Shown here one piece after another: positions 39,084 through 54,000 of a stretch of 64,000 nt of DNA. A program made the position numbers and the translations under genes. Under the pieces are notes generated by a model. It ran no database searches. It saw nothing but the letters and a program-made list of their open reading frames with translations, and was not told where the DNA came from. Positions within the stretch are counted from its first letter, which is position 1; the number at the start of each line of letters is the position of its first letter. Origin of the DNA: Nitrosopumilus sp. (GTDB lineage: Archaea > Thermoproteota > Nitrososphaeria > Nitrososphaerales > Nitrosopumilaceae); NCBI GenBank assembly GCA_965204345.1, contig OZ241981.1:544001-608000 (forward strand). Direction: 5' to 3'.

Positions 39084-42000
39084 CTAGCCCAACGGAATCT
39101 CTACTGTCTGTGTCAGTATTCCCTGCTCAACGCCGTTGGTGCTAACGCTGATTGCGTTGCCGCCCTGCTGGATGCCCCTCAAGGAGTTGACCTGCTCATC
39201 AGTGTGCGTGAACTGTACAAAGACGTTCAGATCATCATTGCTGTCTTCCCTGCCATGTCTGTCTGGGAATGCTATGGTAGTTACGGTTTGTCCTGAGATT
39301 CCAAGTTCCTTTTCTGCAAACACGTCAGGTACTGACTGCAACACCATGTATTGCGTTAGTGTCTCACCGGTATCCTCGTTTGTAAACTCAATGTTGGTAT
39401 TTAGGAATTCTTTGAGCACGTCTGGCAGGTCAACCTGCGTTGATATGTCGTTGATTTTCATGCCTGATTTTTGAGATACTGTCACTGCATCCTCAGATGC
39501 AATTGCAATTTCAGCAGAGGTTGGAACTATAGTCCTGCTTCCATCTCCTGCAACAATCTCAATTGTGTCACCGCCCAAGAGAACGCCTCTCATGGAGTTG
39601 ACCATATCATCAGAGGATGATATCTGCAAGAAGAGGTTTGCATTGTTGTTGCTCTCCTCAGAACCGGGTCTGTCAGTTAGTGCAACGGTGGTAACTGTCT
39701 GTCCGCTGATTCCTAGGACGGTTTCGGCATACTTGTCAGGGTTGGATTGCAGTGTCTGGAAATCAGTGAGTCTCATGCCAGTGTTATCATTTGTAATATC
39801 AGTAAAGTCAGCAAGGAACTCGCGGACTAGTTGGGGTGTCTGTACCGGGGCCAGTCCAGGTATCGGTACTGCTGGGAGATCAGTCATGGTGTCAGTTGGC
39901 AAATCTGCTCTAGAAGAGGGCTGGTCAGGTGTTACAACTGCACTGCCACCGGTAATAACAGGTGAGGATGACTCGTATGTGTTTACAGATACAGAGCCCG
40001 AACATTCGGTGATGTTAAGTGACTTTGAATCAGTGGATATTCCTCTTGATGCAATATTTTCTACCTGTACGTGTACAAACGACTCGTTTGGTGAGAGGTT
40101 TGCATCAAATGAAATTCTTCCAGGATAGGACTGCTCATCAGAGCGTTCTGCCGTGATTACACCTGCATAGGTTCTAAGCTTTACAGACAGATTGTCAGTT
40201 ACAGGACCAGCTATTACGTTGATTGTGTTTGCCTCACAGACATCCCATTGTACATCATACAAAACAGCAGCAGAGGCACCATTTGCAACAGATGAGCCGC
40301 TAGATGGAAGGGAAGCGCCACCGCCACCGCCACCGCCACCGCCACCGCCACCGCCGCCACCGCTGCGGCTACTAGAAGGTGTGGATGGTGTAGGTTCGAC
40401 AGGAACCGTAGAGAATGAGCCAAATGAGCTAAAGTGCGTGGTCCAGATGATCATATCAGAGCCGTCACGAACAAAACAGGATTCCAACGCAGTGCCAGCT
40501 TCAAGATTAGTATTGGCAGTAGTCTGATTGACAGGAACAAATGGACATACAACTAGTGATCGTGAATCTACAACGCCATCAGCAACTTCTTCTGAGAAGA
40601 AGGCACCCTCATAGCTTGCCTGGCCAGGCAAGAGTAGTCTGACTGCCTGATCAAATGTTAATCTAGTGTTATCATCACCGACTGAGAATGCCAGGCCTAT
40701 CTCATCATTTGGAGTTGGAGGAGTAGCAGTACCAGTAGAAAGAGATGGAACTGCGATACGGCCAGTCCAGTCACCAGATGAATCGCTTACAACCACATTA
40801 GCCGGATAAGTGACAGTTACTGTTTGAGAATCAGAGAGTGTAGAATTAACGACAGTAACAGAATCAGAAATTGTCACACTCTTTGGTACGGTTGGATTGG
40901 CAGTACCAAATGTTGGAGCGTCATTAAAGTCAAGCAGCTGGCCATCAGTAGTGAAAATCGTTTCAGGCAATGTGTCATGTACTACGTTGAGGGTGATCAA
41001 ATTTGAAGATGCCAGATATGTCCTTACAACATCACTGCCAAGCGGGATATTATCTTCAATGGTATCTCCGGTAGTGTTGATTGTAACTGTAACTGGGGCA
41101 GATGCGGTGTTGAGGTTGCCTGCAAGGTCTGTTGCCACGTCTGCTGCTATTGATACAACTATTGTTCCGTCTGTAGAGCCGCGAGCCACATTAAAGGTGT
41201 AGACACTGCCATCACCACCAATGTTGGATGCTACTGGATTGCCGCTGTTTGCAGTGCCTGTTACTGTAATGTCACCTAGCTCAAAGTTCTGGACATCCTC
41301 ACTGAATGTTGCCGTAAACGTTACTTGGTCATCACTGGTGGTAGTGATGCCATCAGCAGGTGTAATGGATACGGATGGCCTCACCATGTCCACTGTAATA
41401 ATATGTACAGCATCTGTGTTGCCATCTGTTACCACATCGTCAGGTATGGTTACTGTTAGCTCACCACCTGTGGTGATGCCGTGTGTTACTGTAAAGGCAT
41501 AGTCAGCACCGCTTCCACTAAATGCAGATATCAGGCTGCCAGGTGTATCAGAAGGAACTCCGTCAATTGCCACAGTGATGTCAGATTCTACAAATTCTGT
41601 GACATCCTCGCTAAAGGTTGCAGTAAATGAGATGGTATCAGAGTTTGTAGGATCAGCAGCATTTGTGCTCAGGGATACGTATGGGACAGTGGTATCTATG
41701 GTGACAGTGACTGGTACAGATGCGGTATTAGAGTTGCCTGCAAGATCTGCTGCTACGTCTGCTGCAATGGATGGAATTATAGTTCCGTCTGAGGTTCCGC
41801 GAGCAACATCAAAGGTGTATGTGCGAGCATCAACTGGTACAAAGTTGGATGCTACAGGATTGGTGCCGTTTGCTGTGCCTGTTACTGTAATGTCTCCTAG
41901 TTCAAAGTTCTGAACATCCTTGCTAAATGTTACTGTAAATGGTACCGTATCAAGTCCGGTGCTGCTGCCAATAGATGAACTGACAGAGACAGTTGGGGCA

Positions 42001-45000
42001 ATGGTGTCTATTGTGACGGTAATTTGGGCAGATGCCTCATTGGAGTTGCCTGCTGCATCTGTTGCCTTTAATGCATCTATGGATACGGTCACGGTTCCGT
42101 CTGTGGTACCGCGGAGAACATCAAAGGTGTAGACACTGCCTGTTCCACCAAGGTCGGATGCCACTGGACTGCCGCCGTTGGCAGTACCAGTTACTGTAAT
42201 GTCAGTTAGGTCAAAGTCCCCAACATCCTTGTTGAATGTTGCCGTAAATGGTATTGTAGCAAGGTTGGTGTTATCACCTGCAGTCGTAGCTACGGAGACT
42301 GTAAGGGGAACGGTGTCTATTGTGACGGTAACTGAATTAGATCCAGTGTTGGGGTTGCCTGCAAGGTCTGTTAGCTCACCTTCATCTATTAATACATTTA
42401 CGGTTCCATCTGTAGAGCCGCGAGCAACATCAAAGGTGTATGTGCGGGCATTAACTGTTACAAAGTTGGATGCTGTGGGACTGCCGTCGTTGGCAAAGCC
42501 AGATACTGTAATGTCAGATAGGACAAAGTCTTGGACATCCTCGCTAAATTCTACTGTAAATGTTACTGGGTCATCACGGGTGATGGTGCCATCGGCAGGC
42601 GTGATGGTTACAGATGGATCTATTCTGTCCACTGTGAGTGTATGAGTACTTGCCGTGTTGCCCTCTGCTACCGCACCGTCAGGTATGGTTACTGTTAGTT
42701 CACCTTCTGCGGCGATGCCGTGTGTGACTGTAAAGGTATAGTCAGCACCGCTTCCACTAAAGGCAGTTATCAGGCTATTAGATGCTGGGATTCCGTCAAT
42801 TGCTACAACGATGTCAGATTGCACAAATCCTGTGACATCCCCGCTAAAGGTTGCAGTAAATTCGACGGTCTCAGAGTTTGTAGGATCAGCGGCAGTTGTG
42901 CTCAGGGATACTGATTGGATAGTGCTGTCTATTGTGACAGTAACTGGGGCAGATACCTCATTGGAGTTGCCTGCAAGGTCTGTTGCCACGTCTGCTGCAA
43001 TGGATGGAATTACAGTTCCGTCTGTGGTGCCGCGAGCAACATCAAAGGTGTATGTGCTGGCATCAACTGTTACAAAGTTGGATGCTGCTGGAGTACCGCC
43101 GTTGGCAGTACCAGTTACTGTAATGTCACCTAGCTCAAAGTTCTGGACATCCTCGCTAAAGGTTGCAGTAAATGTTACGGGGTCATCACCTGTGATGGTG
43201 CCATCAACAGGCGTAATGGATACGGTTGGAACTATTCTGTCCACTGTGAGTGTAGTAGTGGTACTTGCCGTGTTGCCCTCTGCTACCGCATTGACAGGTA
43301 TTGTTACTGTTAGTTCACCACCTGTGGTGATGCCGTGTGTGACTGTAAAGGTATAGTCAGCACCGCTTCCACTAAATGCAGATATCAAGTTGGGTGTGTC
43401 AGTTCCGTTAATTGCCACGACAATGTCCTCTAGGGTGAATTGTGTGACATCCCTGTCAAATGTCGCAGTAAATTCGATGGCCGCAGAGTTGGTAGGATCA
43501 GCGGCAGTTGTGTCCAAGGATACTGATGGGACAGTGGTGTCTATGGTGACGGTAACTAAATTAGATGCGGTGTTGGAGTTGCCTGCAAGGTCTGTTGCTA
43601 CGTCTGCTGCAATGGATGCAGTTACGGTTCCGTCTGTGGAGCCTCGAGCAACATCAAAGGTGTAGACACTTCCTGTTCCAAGAAGGTTGGATGCTACTGG
43701 ATTGGTGCCGTTGGCAGTACCAGTTACTGTAATGTCACCTAGCTCAAAGTTCTGGACATCCTCACTAAAGGTTGCAGTAAATGTTACGGGGTCATCGCCA
43801 GTGGTGGTGCCATTGACAGGTGTGATGGTTACAGTTGGATCTATTCTGTCCACTGTGAGTGTAGTCGTAGCACTTGCTGTGTTACCCTCTGCTACCGCAT
43901 TGGCAGGTATGGTTACTGTTAGCTGTCCTTCTGCGGCGATGCCGTGTGTTACTGTAAAGGTATAGTCAGCACCGCTTCCACTAAAGGCAGTTATCAGGCT
44001 GCCAGGTGTGGCGGGGTTTCCATCAATTGTCACTACAATGTCATCTGCGATAAATCCTGTGACGTCACTGCCAAATGTTGCCGTAAATTGTATGGCCTCA
44101 GAGTTGGTAGGATCAGTTACATCTGTATCTAGGGATACGGTTGCAGTATCCAGATAGTTTATTGTAAGATCTGCTGTTGTATGCCTGTTTCCATCAGAGA
44201 AAGTTGCTTGTACTGTACATGTTGATGCACTGGCAAAAGCATTGATAGGCTCAAAGTCAAACTGTCCGTTTGACAGGATGGTAGAGGTAAAGTCCGTACA
44301 GTCACTAGATGTGGGGGCAGAGACTAGTGTCAGTGTCTGGGTATCTGTGTAATAATTGTTAATGTCAAGTGTAACCTTTCTGGGCTGGCTTGATAGGACA
44401 TCAACTGTCAGGGGTGTTGCAGTACGTACTGGTGCGGCATCCAATACCACAGATATGTTTACAGTGTATGCACCGCCTGTGCTGGCACCAGTACCATCAG
44501 AGATGTCAAAGGAGAGCGTACATGTCTCAGCAGTAGAGGATACAAACCTGAACGTATCAGAGCCAGATGGTGGCTGCTGCGTCAGGGTTCCAGTACAGTC
44601 ATCTGATGGATTGGTGTATGATAGCGTATCACCTTCGGGGTCTGTAAAGTGGTCATCAAGTGAGAACTCTTGGTGTGCGGCCAGTACAGGATGCTGTAGG
44701 GTTATGCCCGGTGTTACAGCAGGAACTGGTGGCAGTGTGTTGGTAGTTATGGTAACTGTAACTGAATTAGATGCAGTGTTGAGGTTGCCTGCAAGGTCTG
44801 CTAGTGCATCTGCATCTATTGATGCAGTTACGGTTCCGTCTGTGGTGCCTCGAGCAACATCAAAGGTGTAGACACTGCCTGTTCCAAGAAGGTTGGATGC
44901 TACTGGATTGGTGCCATTGGCAGTACCAGTTACTCTAATGTCAGCTAGTTCAAAGTCCTCGACGTCCTCACTAAAGGTCGCAGTAAATGTTACTGAGTTA

Positions 45001-48000
45001 TCGCTGGTGGTGGTACCATCGGCAGGTGTAATGGATACTGATGGTCTTATTCTGTCCACGGTAAGTGTATGAGTACTTGCCGTGTTGCCCTCTACGACCG
45101 CATTGGCAGGTATTGTTACTGTTAGTTCACCTTGTGTGGTGATGCCGTGTGTTACTGTAAAGGCATAGTCAGCACCGCTTCCACTAAATGCAGATATCAG
45201 GCCAGATGTGTCAGTTCCGTTAATTGCCACGACAATGTCCTCTAGGGTGAATTGTGTGACATCCCTGTCAAATGTTGCAGTAAATTCGATGGCCTCAGAG
45301 TTGGTAGGATCAGCAGCAGTTGTGTCCAGGGATACTGATGGGACAGTGGTGTCTACAGTGACGGTAACTGAATTGGATGCGGTGTTGGAGTTGCCTGCAA
45401 GGTCTGCTGCCACGTCTGCTGCTATGGATGCAATTATGGTTCCGTCTGAGGTGCCGCGAGCAACATCAAAGGTGTAGACACTGCCTGTTCCAAGAAGGTT
45501 GGCTGCTGCCGGATTGGTGCCATTGGCAGTGCCCGTTACTGTAATGTCACCTAGCTCAAAGTTCTCAACGTCCTCGCTAAAGGTTGCAGTAAATGTTACT
45601 GGATTATCGCTGGTGGTGGTACCATCGACAGATGTGATAGATACTGATGGTCTTATTCTGTCCACGGTAAGTGTATGAGTACTTGCCGTGTTGCCCTCTG
45701 CTACCGCATCGTCAGGTATTGTTACTGTTAGTTCACCTTGTGTGGTGATGCCGTGTGTTACTGCAAAGGCATAGTCAGCACCGCTTCCACTAAATGCAGA
45801 TATCAAGCCGGATGTGTCAGTTCCGTTAATTGCCACGACAATGTCCTCTTGGACGAATTGTGTGACATTCCTGCCAAATGTCGCAGTAAATTCGATGGCC
45901 TCAGAGTTGGTAGGATCAGTAGCAGTTGTGTCCAGGGATACTGATGAGAGACGGGTATCTATTGTAAATGTAGCAGTAAATGCCTCATTGAGGTTGCCTG
46001 CGAGATCGCTTATTTGTCCTGCATTTATGGATACGCCCACGGTTCCGTCTGAGGAGCCGCGAGTAACATTAAAGGTGTAGACATCATCACCAGATATGCC
46101 AAAGCCCGACGCTGATGGACTGCCGCCGTTGGCAGTGCCCGTTACTGTAATGATATCTGATAGGATAAAGTTCTGGACATCCTCGCTGAATGTTAAGGTA
46201 AATGGTATCGCGGCGACATCATGGGTGGTGCCATCGGCAGGTACGAGGGTTATGACTGGAGCTACCCTGTCTACTGTGAGTGTAGTGGTATCACTTGCTG
46301 TGTTGCCCTCTGCTACCGCATTGGCAGGTATGGTTACTGTCAGCTGTCCTTCTGCGATGATGCCGTGTGTTACTGTAAAGGCATATTCAGTACCGTTTCC
46401 ACTAAAGGCAGTTATCAGGTCGCTGACAGGTGTGATGGTGAATCCGTCAATTGTCACTACAATGTCATCTGCGATAAATTCTGTGACATCCTCGCTAAAG
46501 GTTGCAGTAAAGTCAATGGTCTCAGAGTTGGTAGGATCAGTAACAGTTGTGTCCAGGGATACTGTTGGGATATTAGAGTCTACGGTGACGGTAACTAAAT
46601 TAGATGCGGTGTTGGAGTTGCCTGCAAGGTCTGTTGCTACGTCTGCTGCAATGGATGCAGTTACAGTTCCGTCTGTGGTGCCGCGAGCAACATCAAAGGT
46701 GTATGTGCTAGCATCAACTGTTACAAGGTTGGATGCTACAGGATTGGTGCCATTGGCAGTGCCAGTTACTGTAATGTCAGCTAGGACAAAGTTCTCAACG
46801 TCTTCGCTAAAGGTTGCCGTAAACGTTACTGGGTTATCGCTGGTAGTGGTGCCATTGGCAGGTGTGATAGTTACAGTTGGGACTATTCTGTCTACTGTAA
46901 ATGTAGTGGCAGTACTTGCTGTGTTGCCCTCTACGACCGCATTGGCAGGTATTGTTACTGTTAGTTCACCTTGTGTGGTGATGCCGTGTGTTACTGTAAA
47001 GGTATAGTCAGCACCGCTTCCATTAAAGGCAGATATCAGGCTGCCAGGTGTGGCGGGGTTTCCATCAATTGTCACTACAATGTCATCTGCGATAAATCCT
47101 GTGACGTCACTGCCAAATGTTGCCGTAAATGGTATGGCCTCAGAGTTGGTAGGATCAGTTACATTAGTACTCAGAGATACGGTTGCAACATCCAGATAGT
47201 TTATTGTAAGATCTGCTGTTGTATGCCTGTTTCCATCAGAGAAGGTTGCCTGTACTGTACATGTTGATGCACCAGCAAAAGCATTGATAGGCTCAAAGTC
47301 AAACTGTCCGTTTGACAGGATGGTAGAGGTAAAGTCCGTACAGTCACTAGATGTGGGGGCAGAGACTAGTGTCAGTGTCTGGGTATCTGTGTAATAATTG
47401 TTAATGTCAAGTGTAACCTTTCTGGGCTGGCTTGATAGGACATCAACTGTCAGGGGTGTTGCAGTACGTACGGGTGCGGCATCCAATACCACAGATATGT
47501 TTACAGTGTATGCACCGCCTGTGCTGGTATATGTGCCATCAAAGATGTCAAAGGAGAGCGTACATGTCTCAGCAGCTGAGGATACAAACCTGAACGTATC
47601 AGAGCCAGCTGGTGGCTGCTGCGTCAAGGCTCCAGTACAGTCATCTGATATGTTGGTGTATGATAGCGTATCACCATTAGGATCTGTAAAGTGGTCATCA
47701 AGTGAGAACTCTTGGTGTGGGTCTAATACAGGATGCTGCAGGGTTATGCCAGGCGATACCGCAGGAACCGGAGGCAGTGTTGTGATATTTATGGTAACTG
47801 AATTAGATGCAGTGTTGGGGTTGTCTGCAAGATCTCTTGCCACATCTCCTGCAATTGATACGGTTACGGTTCCGTCTGTCGAGCCGCGAGCAACATCAAA
47901 GGTGTAGACACTGCCGTCTCCAAGAAGGTTGGATGCTACAGGATTGGTACCATTGACAGTACCAGTTACTGTAATGTCAGTTAGGACAAAGTTCTGGACA

Positions 48001-51000
48001 TCCTCACTAAAGGTTGCCGTAAACGTTACTGGGTCATCACCGGTGGTGGTACCATCGGCAGGTGTGATGGTTACAGTTGGATCTATTCTGTCCACTGTAA
48101 GTGTACGAGTATTTGCTGTGTTGCCCTCTACTACCGCATCGTCAGGTATGGTTACTGTCAGCTGTCCTTCTGCGGCGATGCCGTGTGTTACTGTAAAGGT
48201 ATAGTCAGCACCGCTCCCACTAAAGGCAGTTATCAGGCTATTAGCTGCTGGGGTTCCGTCAATTGCTACAACGATGTCAGATTGTACAAATCCTGTGACA
48301 TCCTCGTCAAATGTTGCAGTAAAGTTGACGGTATCAGAGTTGGTAGGATCAGCAGCAGTTGTGTCCAAGGACACGGATGGGACAGTGGTGTCTACGGTGA
48401 CGGTAACTGGGGCAGATGCGGTGTTGGAGTTGCCTGCAAGGTCTGTTGCTACGTCTGCTGCAATGGATGCAATTACTGTTCCGTCAGAAGATATGCCTGC
48501 AACGTTAAAGGTGTATGTGCGGGCATCAACTGTTGCAAAGCCGGATGCTGTGAGGGTGCCGCCGTTTGCGGTACCTGCTACTGTAATGTCATCTAGGACA
48601 AAGTTCTCAACGTCTTCGTCAAATGTTACTCTAAATGGTACCGTATCAAGTCCAGTGCTACTGCCTGTAGATGAACTGACAGAGACAGTTGGGGCAAGAG
48701 TGTCTATTATGACAGTAACCGGGGCAGATGCGGTGTTGGAGTTGCCTGCAAGGTCTGTTGCTACGTCTGCTGCTATGGATGCAGTTACGGTTCCGTCTGT
48801 GGAGCCTCGAGCAACATCAAAGGTGTAGACACTTCCTGTTCCAAGAAGGTTGGTTGCTGCGGGATTGCCGCCGTTTGCGGTACCAGTTACTGTAATGTCA
48901 GTCAGGATAAAGTCCTCAACATCTTTGCTAAATGTTGCCGTAAATGTTACCGTATCAGAGTTGGTGTTCTCTCCTACAGTTGTAGTCACAGAGACTGTTA
49001 GGGGAACGGTGTCTATTGTGACAGTAACTGGGGCAGATGCGGTGTTGGAGTTGCCTGCAAGGTCTGTTGCTACGTCTGCTGCAATGGATGCAGTTACGGT
49101 TCCGTCTGTGGAGCCTCGAGCAACATCAAATGTGTAGACACTGCCTGTTCCAAGAAGGTTGGATGCTACAGGATTGGTGCCATTGGCAGTACCAGTTACT
49201 GTAATGTCAGCTAGCTCAAAGTTCTGGACATCCTCACTAAAGGTTGCAGTAAATGTTACGGGGTCATCGCTGGTGGTGGTGCCATTGACAGGTGTGATGG
49301 TTACAGTTGGGACTATTCTGTCTACTGTGAATGTAGTCGTAGCACTTGCTGTGTTACCCTCTACTACCGCATTGGCAGGTATGGTTACTGTTAGCTGTCC
49401 TTCTGCGGTGATGCCGTGTGTTACTGTAAAGGTATAGTCAGCACCGCTTCCATTAAAGGCAGTTATCAGGCTGCCAGGTGTGGCGGAGTTTCCATCAATT
49501 GTCACTACAATGTCATCTGCGATAAATCCTGTGACGTCACTGCCAAATGTTGCCGTAAATGGTATGGCCTCAGAGTTGGTAGGATCAGTTACATCCGTAT
49601 CTAGGGATACGGTTGCAGTATCCAGATAGTTTATTGTAAGATCTGCAGTTGTATGCCTGTTTCCATCAGAGAAAGTTGCTTGTACTGTACATGTTGATGC
49701 ACTAGCAAAAGCATTGATAGGCTCAAAGTCAAACTGTCCGTTTGACAGGATGGTAGAGGTAAAGTCCGTACAGTCACTAGATGTGGGGGCAGAGACTAGT
49801 GTCAGTGTGCCGTCATCTGTGTAATAATTGTTAATGTCAAGTGTAACCTTTCGGGGCTGGCTTGATAGGACATCAACTGTCAGGGGTGTTGCAGTACGTA
49901 CGGGTGCGGCATCCAATACCACAGATATGTTTACAGTGTATGCACCGCCAGTGCTGGCATTAGTGCCATCAAAGATGTCAAAGGAGAGCGTACATGTCTC
50001 AGCATCAGAGGATACAAACCTGAACGTATCAGAGCCAGCTGGTGGCTGCTGAGTCAGGGTTCCAGTACAGTCATCTGATATATTGGTGTATGATAGCGTA
50101 TCACCTTGAGGATCTGTAAAGTGGTCATCAAGTGAGAACTCTTGGTGTGCGGCCAGTACAGGGTGCTGTAAGGTTATGCCCGGTGTTACAGCAGGAACCG
50201 GTGGCAGTGTGTTGGTAGTTATGGTAACTGTAACTGAATTAGATGCGGTGTTAGAGTTGCCTGCAAGGTCTGCTGCCACGTCTGCTGCTATGGATGCAGT
50301 TACGGTTCCGTCTGAGGTTCCGCGAGCAACATCAAAGGTGTATGTGCGGGCATTAACTGTTACAAAGTTGGATGCTGCCGGATTGGTGCCGTTTGCGGTG
50401 CCTGTTACTGTAATGTCAGATAGGATAAAGTTCTGGACATCCTCGCTAAATGTTGCAGTAAATGTTACTGGGTCATCACTAGTGATGGTGCCATCGGCAG
50501 GCGTGATGGATACTGTGGGGTTTGCCCTGTCCACCGTAATACGAGATCCATCACTAGCACTGCCACCATCAGCTGCATCAACAGGTATGACTACTACTAG
50601 CAGGCTTTCTGTGAGGCCGTGTGTGACTGTAAAGGTGTATTGGGCTCCCTCTCCCGCAAAGGAAGTTATCAGGCCAGGTGTGGTGGTGGTTTCATCAATA
50701 CGCACTATAATATCATCCTGGTCAAATCCCGTAACAGCTCTGCCAAATGTTACCGTAAATTCGATGGCCTCAAGGTTGGTGAGATCGCCTACATCCGTAG
50801 TCAGAGATACGGATGTACGATCCAGATAGTTTATTGTAAACTCTGCGGGTGTAAAGTAGTTTCCATCAGAGAAGGTTGTCTGTACTGTACATGTTAGCCC
50901 GCCAGTAGAGTCTTCTAAAACCTCAAATGTAAACACGCCACTGTCTGGTGAGGTAGATCTAAATGTACAGTCATCAGAGGTTATAGTATCAACTATTGAC

Positions 51001-54000
51001 AGTGACTTGTCATCTGTGTAATAGTCGTTAATGTCAATTGTAACTGTCCTAGACTGGTCTGATAGGACGTCAATTACCAGAGGCGTTGCAGTTCGTACGG
51101 GTGCGGGGTTTTCTGTGATTACCAGCTCAAAAGAGTATGGCTGCCCCGTGCTTTGCGTCGTGCCGTCTGAAATGTCAAAGGATACCACACATGTAGTGCC
51201 GACATCATTTGCGACGGGATCAATTTGCATGTTATGATTGTCTAGTAGTGTAACATCCAAGGTGACACCAGCAGCGCAGCTTGAGAAATTATTGAAAGAC
51301 AGTGTTTCAAATTCAGGATCCACAAAGTGATCACGCAGTGAAATTTGCGGAACAGTTCGGTTTGGATATTCGACTGTTGCAGATGGTACGGAGGCAGGTA
51401 TTGGTGGCAGTAGGTTAGTTACGGTAGATAACACACGGTATGAGGATGTAAACTGTTCTGTTGCAGAGCCGTCTGTCACATCAAAGGTAAAGCTACAGTC
51501 TTCAGGATATGTCACCGCGTTGTTTGGCGTTGCAGTAACGGTAAAGGCACCCGTCGGATTTACAGTTACGCTAGATGACTGGCATGCATTGTTATCTAGG
51601 GTATAGGACAGGGTATCACCGTCCGGATCTGCAATGTTGGTAGCTAGGTTGCCTGTGTGTGTCTCATCAATATTAAATGAAAAACTAGGTGGTACAGTTC
51701 CAGCAGGAACACGGTTGACATCTGTGACAGTCAGTGTAAATGACCCAGTAGTGGTATCAGCACCATCATCTAGCTGATATTCTACCTGAATTTCAGTAGA
51801 GAGGTCAAAGTCATCCCTTATGCTGGTGCCAGTTGGGGGATGAGCCACTACATCAAAAGGTATGTTGCCTGTGACTAGTCCATCCAAATTTATGTTCAGA
51901 TAACTATGACCGGTACTTATGAAACCGACATCAGCGGGGAAAAAGTTAGCAGGTAATGATACCTGATGTGAAAGAGATTCACCCTCTGCAACAGTTACGG
52001 TTGGAAGGCTAAGATAGTTTATTGTAATCTCTGTATCTGTGTGCCTGTTTCCATCAGAGAAGGTTGCCTGTACTGTACATGTTGATGCACTAGCAAAAGC
52101 ATTGATAGGCTCAAAGTCAAACTGTCCGTTTGACAGGATGGCAGAGTTAAAATCTGTACAGTCATCAGATACGGGATCAAAGACTAGTGTCAGTGTCTTG
52201 GCATCAGTATAATAGTCATTAATGTCAAGTGTAACCTTTCGGGGCTGGTCTACAGGTACATCAACTGTCAGGGGTGTTGCAGTACGTACTGGTGCGGCAT
52301 CCAATACCACAGATATGTTTACAGTGTATGCACCGCCTGTGCTGGCATTAGTGCCATCAGAGATGTCAAAGGAGAGCGTACATGTCTCAGCAGTTGAGGA
52401 TACAAACCTGAACGTATCAGAGCCAGCTGGTGGCTGCTGCGTCAGGGTTCCAGTACAGTCATCGGATATATTGGTGTATGATAGCGTATCACCTTGAGGA
52501 TCTGTAAAGTGGTCATCAAGTGAGAACTCTTGGTGTAGGTCTAGCACAGGGTGCTCTAGGTTTATGACTGGCGCTACTGCGGGAACCGGTGGCAGTATGG
52601 TGGTGTCTATTGTGACGGTGATCTCGTTGGATGCAATACTGGAATCAAAAACAATACTTGTTGCCGCGGCTGCAGGTATGGATACAGTTACGGTTCCGTC
52701 TGAGGATCCGCGGACAACATCAAAGCTAAATCTCGAGGCAACAGTTTCACCATCGCTAGTTGTACGGGAATTAAGTATCTGAAGGTTTGATGCAACCGGG
52801 TTGCCGCCGTTTGCAGTACCAGTTACTGTAATGTCACTTAGGGTAAGAGGGAAGACATCCTGATCGAATGTCACGATAAATGGTACTGTATGAAGAGGAG
52901 TCAGGGGATCGGCAGTCGTACTAATGGTAGTGGTTGGGCCAAAATAGATAAAGAGAAAGTCAAACTGAGCAGATGCCGCATTGTCTGCACCTGATAAGTG
53001 ATGTACTGCAACGCCTGCAGGTATGGACATTATTACGCTTCCATCTGAGACCCCACCTGCGACATCAAAGGTGTACGTATCTCCGGAACCTGCAAAGTTT
53101 GATATTTCAGGATTGCCGCCGTTTGCGATACCCGTTATGAGAATGTCATCGGCAACAAAGTCTGTGACAGGGTTGCTAAATGTTACTCTAAATGTTTCAG
53201 ACGGTTCAGTGGTTACAGTGAGATCCCTGACGGAGGTGATAGTTGGCACCGGAACAGTGTATATGGTGGCAGTGACCGGAGCAGATGCCTCATTGAGGTT
53301 GCCTATAAGATCTTCTGCCACATCTGCACCTATCGATACGGTTACGGTTCCGTCTGTGGTGCCGCGAGCAACGTCAAATGTGTATGTGCGGGCATCAATG
53401 GTTACAAAGTTGGATGCTGTTGGAGTGCCGCCGTTTGCAGTGCCATTTACTGTAATGTCACCTAGTTCAAAGTTTCTAACATCCTTGCTAAATGTTGCAG
53501 TAAACGTTACTGGGTCATCGCTGGTGATGGTGCCATCGGCAGGTGTGATGGTTACAGTTGGAACAAGAGTGTTTATTGTGACGGTAACTGGGGCAGATGC
53601 GGTGTTGGGGTTGTCTGCAAGGTCTGCTGTTACATTTGCATCTACTGATACGGCCACGGTTCCGTCTGTGGTACCGCGAGCAACCTCAAAGGTGTAGACT
53701 CTGCCTTCTCCATTAAGGTTGGATACCACAGGACTGCCACCGTTTGCAGTGCCTGATACCGTAATGTCATTTAGGTTAAAGCCAATGACATCCTCGCTAA
53801 ATTCTACTGTAAATGGTACCGTATCAAGAGAGGTGAGATTCTCTGGAATTGTACTGACAGAGACTGTTGGAGCATTGGTGTCTATGGTAACGGTAACTGT
53901 ATTAGACTTAATATTGATCACGTCGCGTGAATCAAATACTGCACCTATTTTTGTAAATACTGTTATTGTTCCATCAGTGGAGCCGCGTGCAACCTCAAAG

